Source: Fistulifera solaris
Lineage: Eukaryota
NCBI GenBank assembly: GCA_030295235.1
Contig: AP026129.1
Span: 310,001-374,000, forward strand
DNA: 64,000 nucleotides
Direction of reading: 5' to 3'
The position numbers and the translations under genes were made by a program. Every line of letters begins with the position of its first letter. The stretch's first letter is position 1. The notes under the pieces are model-generated. The model saw only the letters and a list, made by a program, of their open reading frames with translations. It ran no database searches and had not been told where the DNA came from. Below, piece after piece: positions 1 to 17,329 of the stretch.

Positions 1-503
1 TTTTCTCCAAATACTTTGTACTTATAGCGCTTCCCCCCGCAAAGGTGGGGGGATACAATTTTTGCCCAAACGCCGCAACGTCCAATCGTGGCCGCGTCCG
101 AAAGGGGTAAAATCTTGGACGCACAGCTACTACTGTACCTGGCACAAGTACTTTGTACATGTAATAAATGTGCGTGATGTTTTGGAGCGGTACCGTACCA
201 GTACTCCAAACTTTAGCTTATGTCGCAGCGTGTTAAGAAAATGTTATACAGAGGACACCGACAGACTGGGTCCACTAGGGATGATTCATGACTAAAACAC
301 TAATCTTTTACGGGATTCAGATTGCACCTGGTACATGTTCTACGTGATATGGCCTTCCCTCCCATCACATGCAAGGCGCAAAAGGAGTGAAAAAGATACA
401 TTTGCACTGAATTGCATCACGATGAGATTTACAAGAGGAGGTTACAGCTATTATTCCAGAAGCCAAAGTCGAAGGTTCATCAATATCAATTTATTAATCA
501 ACC

Positions 504-4385
<3,882 letters not shown>

Positions 4386-4410
4386 ATTTCACGGGGAGGC
4401 GTCTTGTCGC

Positions 4411-6894
4411 TCAGCTAAAGTGATGGCCACCAGGACTACTTGCGTTTGTTGAGTAGGTTCCAGCACCAGCGTCTGCTGAAGCTGCGGGTCGAATGTACGA
4501 ACTTTGTAAGACTAATCCGGGCTCTGCAGCATTTGCTTGCTCTCCTAAAGCTGCTAGGGTTTCAAGTTGCCGTGCTACCACATCACGGTGTAAATTCTGC
4601 TCGAAATGACCAGAGATGAAATCCACTTGACCAATCCCTTGACTTGCGCATCGCCAACTTGGATGAGTAGCCTGGAAAGCTGTGAGTTTGAGTGATTTCC
4701 ACGAACGCGAATGCCAATTACTACTTACTTGAAAAGAGTCAAGACTGTGCTTCATCTTTCCCAGTTTCGCTTTTGGTTTGGGATACGCTTGAACAGCATC
4801 GTGAACACTTTTGTGCAGTAGAACACTTTCTGCTAGTGTGCCTGTTATCGGTTCGTCTGCTCCTGTTTCAAGTACGCCGAACCCTTCATCTCCAAACAAA
4901 TCAAAATCGAAGGTGGCGTAACCACACACATCACCGGCTCCTGGAACTTCCTTTTTAATTGCTAAAATAAACTCGCATATTGGCTCAGCACAATCAGCCA
5001 AGGATACACAAAGTATGTAGGGTGCCAGAATCAGGGCTAAAACTTCCCGAGCGAAGTTCTTAGCTTTAAACTGAAACATAGCAGAAAAATTTTGAAAGAC
5101 TGATGGGTCCCACCCTCGCCCTCTCCATATTTCAGGATAGTAGTGAGTATGCTTTGCTACCGCCTCCAACGATAAGTTCATTTCGTCGTACAGATTCCTC
5201 GCACTGCTTGGCTGCTGCAAGGCAGTGGGGATGAGTCCCTGCCAATCGAGTATAGGGCCCCCACCATCCCAGCATACCACAATAGATTCCAATCCGCGAT
5301 TTTGATATGCAACAGAATGGCATCATTAATGGCAGCTAGTGCAAACAAAACCGCTCCAAGAGACCCACCCAAGAAAACGCAAATACGACCAATTGTTGCC
5401 AGTATTTCACTGGACCCAAACAAGTCCAAGTAGTTTTCCGCTGCTTTATAACTTGGAGCAAGGCGACGTTCAAAATGATGAGGAAGTTCGTTGAGCTCAC
5501 GAAAAGTCCACTTAGCATGGAGAGACCAGTCTTTTGGACCAAGATATCTTTTGAATTCTTCCAGTCATACGCATTAGACAAGCCAAAGTACAAGGTCAAA
5601 AAAAAGAGTAAGAAAGGCATGAATATCAAATGTGCCACTCCACAAAGAATGAATCGCCTCCGAAGAGATCCAGGATCCAAGTAAAAAGCCGGTCGTATCT
5701 TGTACTTATGATTGAACATAAAGTTGAGAACACAAAAATATACGCTCCACTGCAAAAAATGTACATAAGTTGAATATGCAAGAAAGAAGAAAACCAAGGA
5801 AAAGAAACAACGTACTTCCAGACTAGGACAAAGCAGTTGTCCTTTTATTCCAGGTACTGTCAAGTCCAAGAGCTGACGATTAAAGAGAGCGACAAGAAAA
5901 TTCTCTTTTCGCATTATTCGTTGCGCAATGACCAAAGCGTCTAGCTCTTGTCCATGAATAGCAATGCGGTAGATCCCCGATTGTTGCAATTCCAAAATTT
6001 TCCCGACGACATCATGATCCCAGTCAACAGCACCGCCCAGTAATCGATGCGCGCTTATTCCGAGACGCTCCTCGAACACCCATTTCGCTTGCAGCGCATC
6101 TTGTAAAGTCCTCCAAAATGACGTGAAAGCAAATGCGGTGTAGATCAGAAAGATGATACTGTAAGTAACCACCAAAACCGTTGCTCGGGGACGGGGTCGG
6201 ATGTATTCTGAAAATTGAGGTCGACAGGTACTTTCATCTGTGCATTGACTCAAACCGTGCCAATCGACGTAGGCGAACAAAAAATTGATAGCACAAGCGT
6301 AAATACCAGTGTCAGCAGCTCAACGACACCTTTACCAATGATGGGCACCAGACCTCGGTGATAAAAATAAGAATACAATGACTGAAAGTATAGATCTAGA
6401 TTCGAAACGGCACCCCATCCTTCGTTTCTTGGACGGAATCGAAGTTGCGGCAAAAACACGAAGTCGGTCTTATTGCTTTGCGCGTGTTGCTGACTTTCAG
6501 GAAATGACGTGTATTGCATCATGGTAGGATCTTCATCGTCGTCATTTATATCAGTACTAGTGCTGGGAATACCAAAATCTTGCAAGTCGACCGAATTAGA
6601 AAGATTGATGGCACGATATTCAACTTGTCTCATCTTATGTTCGTTCCACGCGTCGACAGCTGCTTGGTAAAACACATTGAAGCCTCGAGAGACCTCCGAA
6701 GTCGTTTGACGCACGAATGGACTTTCTCGATGAGGCTGATGACGAGCCTGATGCTGTCGCATTTCACGGGTGTGCTGTGATTGCAATTCTGTGAATGAAG
6801 AATACTATATTTGAGAATGTGGTCAAAGCGCAAGCACAAACATTCTTGCAGTCCTACCTTCCCATAACCCCTCATCTTCCTCATGCGTTGCCAT
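4411..6894 (-). CDS. ATG9: Autophagy-related protein 9
   Basis: NLDLYFQSLYSYFYHRGL, IAQRIMRKENFLVALFN, LRRRF, HTHYYPE, VGDVC-like AGDVCGYATFDF, GKMKHS. Probable introns 6789-6857, 5750-5815 and 4672-4728. Several 1-nt frameshifts. Confidence 0.9.
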
Positions 6895-7060
6895 GGTTAC
6901 TTCTATATGGAATGAGAATGAGATATTACTAATGAGAAAGGCATGATCGAGAATAGTAGTTACAGTAGCAAGTTAATGCAGTTTTCAACGAAAATTGCTA
7001 ACTATGTCACACCTCGCGCCCGCCCGTTGCCCGTCTCGTGCGCTATAGACCCGTAATAAG

Positions 7061-7320
7061 TGTTGTCCGTTTTTCGACACGACTGTATTTCAGTCATGAA
7101 TCATTAACATTTGAGCCGGACTGCTGCTTCAACCACCGTTCATTCTACTAGCGTGGTAGGCAAGTTTTGTCATCAAAGTGATGCAATAACCATCAGCATC
7201 ACTTACAACGCACGCCGCGATTCCTGGTTTCGAAAATCCTTGCGGACCATCCTCCTACGTAATTACTATGACCCACAGTGTAGACTCAACTTATCCACGA
7301 CTGTTTTCAGTCATGAGTCA
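7061..7320. repeat. Dispersed repeat family copy (core CGACTGYATTTCAGTCATGAATCA...GAGCCGGACTGC)
   Basis: The same core recurs at ~7295, ~8886, ~9065 and ~40850. TCGAAAATCCTTG and GATGCAA..ACCATCA.CATC are shared with 40750-40945. Confidence 0.65.
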
Positions 7321-7597
7321 TGCTCTGGAAGAAATCATCATCATCATCTGGAAGACTGGAAGACCTTAACCGTCTGAGCCTGGTACGGCCGAAGTTCTCG
7401 CGCTTTTTCGTGGTGACGAAAGTGCAAACGAAACGAGAAAGTTGAACTTTTCGCTTTTCCATCGGCCATCGATGGATTGAAAGGCACCAGTACTGGTACC
7501 AGGGTAAGGTTAGCAGGAAAATTTATTTCCTCTTTGATCGAACGTGGATGAGCTTACAGATAGGAGAAAGGGACGAGTGCGTTAATCTGCAAGCACA

Positions 7598-8776
7598 ATG
7601 AATTATCTTCGCACCGCAAATTCCAAATTGGCAAATGCCAGGACGATGTTGTCACGACGCGTCAAATCCTCAGCTGCGACCGATAAAGTTGCCCCCAAGA
7701 CTGATGAAACCGGCGTGCCGGTGGCTTCGTCCATGTTTGCCGCCGTTCTTGGTATCGGAGCAGTCTCAGCTGCTGCCTACATCGTTGAGGACGCCACAGC
7801 CTCTTCGGTGCCTCCGTTTCACCCAAAGAGCCAACGCTTCGACCAAAGCAGCTTTCTCGGTCGATTTTCAAAGATGCTTTTAGCGTGCGACCCTCGTCTT
7901 CTCTTCTATACCGAGGCACAGGTCCGAGAAGCGCAAAAACTTCTTGAAAGTTACAAAGACCAGGATAGCAGCATGGATCGAGCGCTTTGGGAAGCTCAGC
8001 GCATCGTCAACGCGGCCCTCCATCCCGATACAGGCGAAGTCATTCCTCGACCCTTTCGAATGTCCGGCTATGTACCCTACAATGGGCCCATTTGCGTTGC
8101 TATGGTGGCTTCGACTTCAACTCCAGCTCTTCTCTTTTGGTCCTGGACTAATCAAAGTCAAAATGCCCTGGTCAACTACTTCAATCGCAACGCGTCCAGT
8201 CCCATGTCGAACGAGACCTTGGCCAAGTCGTACGCTGCTGCCGTAGGTTCCGCCCTACTAGTGGCATTTGGGCTGGCTTCTTTTATTCAAAAGAAGTATC
8301 CTCCCGCCCAAGCCAAGGCATTATTGAGATGGGTCGCTTTCCCCAGTGCCGTCATTGCAAGCAGTCTAAATTGTTACATTGTAAGAAGTCCGGAAATCGA
8401 ATCCGGTGTTCCCTTACAAGATTCCAATGGCAACATTGTTTTGGAGGGTGCTACCTCCCAAATTGCTGCCAGACGTGGGGTTGAGTCGACAACAGCCAGC
8501 CGTGCCATCCTCCAGGCTCCCGTGTACTTCTTGCCACCAGCTTTGCTTTCCATGGGACCCTTGTCTCGATTGGTGGCAACGAAGCCGAGCCTTTCGGTTC
8601 CCTTGACGACCTTTCTAGTATTGACTGCTTTCGGTCTCGGCCTACCTGCTACAGTGGCCATTTTCCCACAAATAAGCGAGATCCCAGTCAAAGATTTAGA
8701 AGAGCGCTATCATCATTCACGAGATCCAGTCACACAGCAACCGTATACTACTCTTTTTTACAATAAAGGATTATAA
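7598..8776 (+). CDS. Sideroflexin / mitochondrial tricarboxylate-serine carrier
   Basis: RFDQSSFLGRF, HPDTGEVIPRPFRMSGYVP, WTNQSQNALVNYFNRNAS, AIFPQ, C-terminal YNKGL. Confidence 0.93.
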   Translation: MNYLRTANSKLANARTMLSRRVKSSAATDKVAPKTDETGVPVASSMFAAVLGIGAVSAAAYIVEDATASSVPPFHPKSQRFDQSSFLGRFSKMLLACDPRLLFYTEAQVREAQKLLESYKDQDSSMDRALWEAQRIVNAALHPDTGEVIPRPFRMSGYVPYNGPICVAMVASTSTPALLFWSWTNQSQNALVNYFNRNASSPMSNETLAKSYAAAVGSALLVAFGLASFIQKKYPPAQAKALLRWVAFPSAVIASSLNCYIVRSPEIESGVPLQDSNGNIVLEGATSQIAARRGVESTTASRAILQAPVYFLPPALLSMGPLSRLVATKPSLSVPLTTFLVLTAFGLGLPATVAIFPQISEIPVKDLEERYHHSRDPVTQQPYTTLFYNKGL

Positions 8777-8879
8777 GCAATTGTTCTATTTTGTTTTAGT
8801 ACGCATAGTGTTTATTATAAAACGCATCGTGGCTGAAACGAAGGAATTTGGTACGTAGCGAATCTGAACGGAATATCAC

Positions 8880-9110
8880 GTCTCCATTTCAGTCATGAAT
8901 CAATAGGCTTTTGAGCCAGATTGCTAGAGAGTCTACTTAACCTTCGCATTTGTTTCTTCTCACTGGTTAAGCTACAGTTTGTTTCTGGCAGATTCTTTTT
9001 AGCAGCATCTGCGATGCATGTATCGATTTTTTCCGTCGAAATGTCGTTAGATGATTCGTTTTCGTTCAGTCACGAAGCATTACCTTTTTTTTAAGCCGGA
9101 CTGCTTGCTA
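8880..9110. repeat. Two further degenerate copies of the dispersed repeat core
   Basis: CATTTCAGTCATGAATCAA..TTTGAGCCAGATTGC (~8886) and TTCAGTCACGAAGCA..AAGCCGGACTGC (~9065). Confidence 0.55.
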
Positions 9111-10772
9111 TCGCATCCTCTAAGGACGTATAAAAATGTACATTCATCGCATCGGTTCAAATCCATTGACAAGTCGATAGGTACCGGTACCTAAACCTGA
9201 TACGGTTCTTGTGGTCGACGAATGCTCCGCGACAGCCACTTTCACCACGTAACTCAACAATAAGGTTAGTATTATTGGGTGTCTCGGTGGTTTCAGTAAA
9301 ATCGTCGTGAAAGATTTTTTCGAGAAACAAATGATCGAATTTTTCGCCACACTTGACCATCGATTTCATTTGAAGACGAAGCACTCAAAACTATGCTTGT
9401 CTTGTTCAACCTATAGGTAACTTACAAAAAAATAGACACAATCACTGCTGCTCCAAGAAACGAGATCCAGCCAATTCACTTAGCGCAATCGATTTTGCCG
9501 CACACATTGGTGAACAATTTTGTTTGGAGTACATCAAAAGACAATCAAAGATGCTGAGACTGAGAGAAAAAATGACAATCTCAGCGGGGTCTTGAATCTA
9601 TCACAGGAAAACCTTATAAATACCTGTCAGCAGCGTATACATGAGCCTAGATATTCGACGACAGCTGATTTACTTTCACAAAACCAATTGACCGAGACGT
9701 TATTGCCACAACCATCGCACCTTCTTCAACGACCGAGAAAAATCGACGAACAGAATGCACACTGCAAAGAAAAGATACGGGTACAAGAAAACGACCATAT
9801 TTACTTGTCCACATTGCCTTCAGTGAATTGCAGTGATGAGATGTCGAAAAATTATCTTCCGTCCGACTCGACAACCGTATCTATGGAATTTCAACGAAAG
9901 AGCAAACACTCGTTTCAGGAGGAAGCAGCATCAGACCATCTACGGAGTATTGCAACAGACCGATATTTAAACAACAATATGAGGTTTGCTGACAGAAGCC
10001 CTCGTAGAAATTCTGACGCGACTAAGAAATCCGAGTTTGCGATGACAGCCCGCTCTGTAACATCGAACCTCGAAAGCGCAGAGAACGGCCAGATTCCTTT
10101 TTCCCATATTCTTACTCTTCAAGCTGCGACGGTAATAAAGTTAATCTATATCGTGATGTGTTGAAAATCAATTCAGGTGCAACGGACCGGCAGATCCGGA
10201 TCGCGTATTTTCGCGAGGGTCGTGGGATCTTGACCGATGATGAACTATCACCGGCATCCAAACGACAATTCGAAGCCATCAGTCTTGCCTACGAAATTCT
10301 GTCTCGTTGGAGAGAGCAATATGATTCCTGTGACGATGATCTGAACCAGCTACTGAATGACTCGCGCTGAAGAGTCTGGTGAAAAACAACCTGCCCAACA
10401 GAATCAAACGCCGGTCCTAACCGCCTCTTCAGAGAGGACGGATACTAAAATGCCATCTTTGACAAATAAGAGTCGCGGAATCCACTGGAATGAAAAAAGT
10501 CGAAGAATGGCTGTACGAACAAAGTCCCCAGAAAGCTGACAATGTATACCTCGACGAACAAACTACCATTACGGAGACAGACGAGCTACCCCAGAATCAC
10601 CATCAAGTGCTTGGCAACGCAGAATTTGATAGGGAGATGTCAAACGATAACGACGAAATGTGTCAACCCGGATCAAAGTATTTAGAACGTACTACCATGA
10701 CAGTAGTCAATGCGCGTTCTCTGGCCAATCATCTGACAAATTTTGACCCTCCAATTATCAACACGTTTCGAC

Positions 10773-10948
10773 TATCGTGGGAAGACTCTAATTGCTATGC
10801 AATAGTCGTTTACAAGAAGAGTGAGCTCATGGAGAGCTCGTTATTCTACGATCTTATTGAGGAAGTCATTCATTGTGTCTTCCGGTGCCGTTCACGTCAA
10901 GGCTAGGGACTGACGGAGTCTTGGATGTAGATAGTCCTCCGGCCGATA
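10773..10948 (-). repeat. 3' LTR (176 bp)
   Basis: TATCGTGGG...GGCCGATA. The adjacent internal sequence reads AGGGGGCGG on the minus strand (polypurine tract, 10949-10957). Confidence 0.95.
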
Positions 10949-10949
10949 C

Positions 10950-13900
10950 CGCCCCCTGATCAAAACTAGGGATGTTTTGATTAAAAGTAAATTTGGCCGA
11001 AGAGGAGACAGAGTAGGAAGGGAGGGAGTGACCCATAGAGCGGCGAGCATGGCGAGAATGCAGGACCCAACCGAGAGGTTTGGTGAGATCGTCGGCGTTG
11101 TTGAGAACGCCAGAAATGTACCGCATAGTGATATCGCCGTGTTCTTTCCATTCTTGAATTGCAAAATATTGAATATCAACGTGGCGCTCTGTGGGCTTTT
11201 TGGAGTTAATCATGTTGATAGTTGACATATTATCTTCATAGATTGGGGTCGGACCAGATTGGGGAAAACCAAGTTCAGCTAATACCGAAGCGGAGGTAAC
11301 GGGCATGTTTGGCAGCAGTCACAGCAGCGAGGAATTCAGCTTCAGTAGAACTAGTGGCAGTAATGGATTGCGTAGTACACCGATAAGAGATAGCACCACC
11401 ACAAAGCATAAACACGTATCCTGTAGTAGAGCCGTCGGGTTTTTAGATCATTGGCGAGCGGCATCCACAAAGCACTGCAAGGAAGTAGGATCCGTAGCAG
11501 GGGAACGGAGGAAGAGAAGGATCTGGGGCAAGAAATGTGCGAGGAATGACGGGGAGGCGATGGCGTTGGGGCAGGTTTGTGGAACACAATACCCCAATCG
11601 GAGGTTTCACGAAGATAGCGAGCAATGTCCTTGAGAAGGGTAAAATGGACGTCATGCGGGTAAGCCGGCAAACTTCGACAGGGTAACTAAGGCGTAACCG
11701 ACATCCGGGCGACAAGTGACATAGGTATAGAGCAGTTCACCAAGGAGAGAACGAAATTTGAAGCCATGTTTTGTCTCAAGGGCAGCATGGTCGGGCGAAC
11801 TTTCCGGCGGGCCAATGTTTTCGTGAGATGAGGGGAATGGAATCAGCAGGAATGGGGGACTGTGGCACAGTAGTCGGGTGTGTAGAGGGGTCATCCAACC
11901 ATGTGTCTGCATCACGCGACCAATGTAATCCTTCGCAGAGATTTCAATACATGAGTCAAACTGATTGATGTTGACGCCATTGAAGACGCGGAGGAGGCCT
12001 TCATATTTAAAAGGAACTTGTGGCTCGGTAGGGAGTTGAAGACGTGTACCAATAGCAGCGAAAATGTCTTTGGCAATAGATTCCGAAGGGCAAGCAAGAG
12101 CGAAGTCGTCCACTTGGCGAAGGAGGAGGACCGGAGTGCCGTTCCAAACCGCAGAGTATATGGTACGGTCATGGGTGGTGCTTATAAAACCTAATGCATG
12201 GAGGATGGTAGAAATATGAGCCTCCCAGAGTTTTCCAGATTCAGGGTGGCCTTGTAAAGCATGGTTCACCGGAAGGACAAGGGAGCGATCGAGATCGATG
12301 CCAAAACGGTCTTTGTACCAATCAGCATAGGGCGTCATCAATTTCCACATAGGTAGGCACACCCGGTGGGGGGGAATGGGGCGTAAGCATCTTTAGCGTC
12401 AGCTTTATAGATAAGGTAGCAAAGAGCAGCAGCCAAAGCGATGAACATACGCTGTATTGGTTGCATTGCACGACAGTAGGTAGAGGCATATCCATGTAAG
12501 GCAGGAGCAGCTTTCTTGGATCCATCACAACAGTTGCGAGACCTGCGTTCACCATCCTTCTTGACAGAGTAATTCCAGTGTTGCCGAAGGACAATAGCAT
12601 GCTTAGGACGGCGACATGGGGGGCCGTACATACGGAGTGCGTGGAAGTGGTCAAGTTGGCGATGTTCGCCACGGCGCCACTCAAGCCAATTGGAAAGCGT
12701 CTTGAGTTTTCGGCGGGTGAGTTTCCCAAGGGCCATTTCCTCTGGTGTGAGAGATGTAGAGGACATAGCAAAGACACCAAGGGCGTAGTGCATCGAGGCA
12801 AGCAAAGTCATCAGAGAAATCAAGATCAGGATAGAGTACAGAGGTGATGAACAAGATATCCTCGGCGGAAAAGTCCGGAGCGAAGTTGTCGAGCTGGTCG
12901 GGGTGATCCGGCTGGAACAAATTGAATTCACGAAGCGCACGGTGGAATGTGTTCCCACCAAGATACCGTTCAGGGGCAAGAGTCAGGGAAACGGAGGGCG
13001 GAGAAGTAGCAAGGCAAGACGCCAAAAGCGGCGGTAGCGTCATCAACAGTAAATACAGTGTGCTCGCCAACGGAGAGTGATGTAAGCCAGCGCAATGTAT
13101 TTTTAGCGGCTTTGAGCGAAGAGTGGAGCTGAGCGGCACTTGATTTAGACACAATATCACGAATGTAGACACGATTGTTGAGTTCGTCTCGAGCAAGTTG
13201 GAAACCCAGGGTCCGGCCACGGCATTTGACAGGAACATCCAGCGTAAGAGTAGCGGCGAAAGGTGAGTTGCGAAAATAGAAAGTGGAGACAGAGCATTCA
13301 GAGGGCTCTGAAGGCAGAGGGTCACCATTTTGCGTGCGTTGCAAGTGGATGACATTTGGAGGAATTTGATCAGTGGGCAGATCATTCATTCCTTCATCAA
13401 AGCGGACGTGTTTGGCGATCTTGACGCGGTCAGAAGCCACATCATACCAAAGTATATTGCGAGTGGTGTTAGGTAGAAAGCCAAGGAAAATACCCTTCGC
13501 TGAAGCAGATTTGAATTTAGCTTGGCGACGGCCAGGGGAACGGACCCAAACGCGGCAGCCAAAAGTCCGGAAATCACTAAAATCATCTTGCGTGCCCGTT
13601 GCAAGTGCGAAGCGGGGATTGGTGCTGGTCACGAGATGGAAGGGAATTGGTAATGCGGAGCCAATGGTGAAAAGCGTAGGGCCAAAACTTTACTGACAAA
13701 TTTGCACCAATGAGCATAGCACGGATAGCATTTGCAATGGTAAGGTGGGCACGCTCAACGGGTCCATTCTGATTAGAAGCATCAGCACCAGTCGGACAGA
13801 CAGTGTATCCATGTTTGGCAAACACAGAGAGTACCGCTGGATTGTGATACAGTTCACCACCTTGGTCCAAGAAGACATATTTGCCACGACAGGACGGCTT

Positions 13901-16809
13901 ATGCTCGGACAGGAAATGGTCGAGCCAATGGATCGGGGACGCTTTGGAAAGACGTGTGTCGCCATGTTGCATTCGAGTCACATGGTCAGTGACGAGTATC
14001 CAGCAGGTTTCGCCATTGATGCCAAGGTAGTCATCAGCACGACCGGGGTCGGATGACAGCTGACCGGAGAAGGAGAAATCAACTGATAAGCCCTGATAAG
14101 GGACGGTAGCAGTACGAGTTGTATTACCTGCGGAAGATGCTTTGACCTGTTTGGAACGGATACACGTGGGGCACGTATCGAGGACAGGGTCCGCGTGTTG
14201 AAAAACGGGAATGCCTTTGACATACTTATGGGCTTGACCAAATAATGATTACTGGGATGTCCAAGGCGCTGGTGCCACAGGAGACGCTGAGTCTGGGCAC
14301 GAATTGCAGCAATGGGTGTGTTAGCAGCAATATATTCGTGAAACGGAAGTGTCTGATATGGTTCGGGGATGCGATCCAAGTCGGAGCGGAGCCGAGCGTA
14401 TTCTTTTCCTGCCAGGAATAAATTTGGAAGACCGTAGCGCGCTCGCAATCCGATGCAAAAGTGGGATCATGAAGCAGCATCTTGTCAGAGGAGGTAACCG
14501 GAGTTGCCAGCGGGTGGTCAGCGGGAAGATCCGGAGGGATCAACGCATGGGTGTAACATTTGGCATGTAATAAAATGCCATCGAAGTATACATCATCTGT
14601 GGTTCTTAGGCGGTGATGACATCGCAGGGTAAACGTGCCTTGGTCATGGTGTTTGGTAAACAATTCCGTCTTGAAATCCTTGACAGAATATCCGTAAGCC
14701 CGGATAATGTCACGTTCATCAATGACAGTCGTGCGGAGAGAGGGATGGTAAAAAGTGCGAATGGCAAGGTAACCTGATGGAGCATGGCGACATGGCACAT
14801 GAAGGTAGCCGAAACCATGGGGAACAGCATCAGAGCCCTCAGTCGCAGGGAGGAGACGAACCGGGCATCGGAACTGCGAAGTGAACGGACGGTAGCGATG
14901 CAACAGATGAAGTAGGTTGGTGCAAGAGATGAAAGCACCAGTGTCGATCTGAGCACGAGGAGCATCCGGATTGTCCAAATGAGGAGGAGAAGACATGACA
15001 TCGGAATGTGGGATAGTGGTAGGGTATGGAACGTTGACTGTATTTACTGGGAAAACATTGAGTTCACTATGGAGATCAGTGAAGACGCGAGAGACAGCTG
15101 AAGAATCCGAAGAGACGGAAACATTCGTGAGAAAAAACAAACACGGCAGCGAGGGAGGATCGTCGTCGGCGGGCTGTCGAAGGTCGCGACGTCACGGGAG
15201 TACAGGGCTGCGTTCCTCCGTTTTTAGAAACGGCCCTGCTGAAAATCCAAAGGTTCATCAATGGTGTTGTCAGCCGAAGGAAGTCATCGGGTGGCGCAAC
15301 CGTGAGGGCATGAACCGGCTCAGACGATGAAGGGGGGAATGACTGTGCTTCAGAGCGGGCAACGCGATTTAAGAACTGTTTGAAAATGATATAGTGTTTC
15401 TTGAGAAACTCAGAATCATTTAAAACAGGGCAAGAATCAAAACGATGCTGACCGGAGCAGACAACACAGGGTTGTTGGCGGGCAACATTGGGGTCTTGAC
15501 TGATCTTGTGAACCGAAGCTTGATATTCAAGAAAGAGTTGACGTTGAGCAGGGTCATCCGGAAGAGCCACAGCAAAAAGATCGGCAAAGAGCTTGTGGTA
15601 TTCGTCAGATGCATTGAGGTCGGAAGCATGGTCATTTAGTAAGTCCTGCTGGACGGGTGCAATAGACGTAGTAACCGGAGGAGAACCAGAAGTACCAGTA
15701 GCGTTGTGGTTGGGGAAACGGGTACGAAAAGCAGAACGAGTCGGAGTTCCAAGAGCAGCTGCCGGAGAAGAGGGACGAGAGCGTGGTAAAGCTGGAGAGG
15801 CCGGGCGGAAGCGCTGCAAAGCAGGACTGTGCGGAGCTTGAAGATAGCGCTGCAGGGTTTCGAGAAGCTGCGGACCTTGGAATTGGGATGTTTTGGTAGG
15901 ATCACGACGATCGTCGTAGGACATACGAGCCAAAAAAAGTTGGATAGTCTGATCGGCTAATGAAAATATCAACCTCATGACTGTTGGCAAGAGAAGAAGG
16001 GTTGTCAGCAATCAAAGCTCGGAGATGAATGAAGTCTTGGAAGAGCTGGTAGTATTCCGGAAACGATTTGCCAGCTTGACGAGGGTAGTCTTCGATGAGT
16101 GTGTATGGCCGCTCATAGAAAACCGGAAGTACCTTGGTAGCAATTTGTTTGAGAATCGCATAGCCATCACCATAGTGGACGTGTAGCAAGTCGATGACGG
16201 AGCTGCCGTCAGGGAACATACTCGGCTTATTGAAAAGCTGAAAGAGCATGGACGACATTTTCGGAGGTGTTGGTTCATATATGAAGGTAGGTCGTCATCC
16301 TGGCCGTTGCCAGCGGTAAAACCATGTAAACCACCATGATTGGCCTGGTAGCAGAAAGGTGGATGGACGTAAACGCCATGGCCCATAGCAAATGTCACGA
16401 GAGCGTGCATCCATTGGCGATATCCGGCAAAGGTATCGGAGCGACAAACAACGTAATCACGGAAGAAATTACGGTCGTCAATACCTTTCAAGACGAATAA
16501 AGTACCATCGGCAGTAATAATGCGTTGAGGTCCACATGTTGCATAGCGGAGTCCATGGGCATAGCGAGTGCGAAGAGTACTGCCAATAAGTGGATCACCA
16601 CGAAGTTTGGCATCATAGCGAAGGCGAACATCAGCTGTAAGGTCATTCACATTGAAGAGGGTCAAGTCAATAGAAGGTGGCATGACCGGCAGAGCAATGG
16701 GATCATGGTTGGGGAGTACAGCCTGATGGGGGACAACGGGGGGTGTCGGAGGGGCCTGAGTTGATGGTATTGCAGCAAACGCGGCGGCAAGAGCTTGTGC
16801 AAGTTCCAC
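10950..16809 (-). CDS. Copia gag-pol polyprotein (heavily frameshifted)
   Basis: Zinc knuckle CVVCSGQHRFDSC; protease AQIDTGA; GAG-pre-integrase LWHQRLGH; integrase DQGGEL/NGPVERAH; SH3 FRTFGC; RT ADAKDAY, LQGHPESG, LRQVDDF; RNase H IYEDN, HVDIQY, ADDLTKPL. Confidence 0.92.
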
Positions 16810-17329
16810 AGCACTCAGAGGAGCAGGAATTGCACCAGCGACAGCGGCTGCAATGTCAGCGGCCGAGAGAGGGACATTGGCAATCGGCGGAGCATCATGC
16901 GCGAACTCAGCAGGTGGTGCTGGAGTAGTGGAAAAATTACGCCAATCAAGGTTAGACTTGTGACTCCCTCAAAAATTATGCTGCAGTGAAGTGACTTCCG
17001 TGGCGAACCCTTGGCAGTGAAGTGGAAGTGAAATCACTCCCGTGTCGCACTGGCTATACTGTGGGGGGAAGAGTACGAGTCATCGTAGCGGTTAGCGATG
17101 ATGGATGATTGATTATTGATTGGCGATGATCGCCATTCACAATTCACAATCACTCATTCTATAAGCTGTTACGGAGTAATAAACTCATTGCAATTTTCAA
17201 TACTTTTCTTTGAACAAAGTTCCTTGATTGTCAATAGCATCACTGAGGTGGAAAGTCCAGACTTCTCAGTAACTTGGTGTTCCTTGTTCCTTTTCCTACA
17301 AGCCGTGAGCCGTGCGTGATGCGTGAGGC

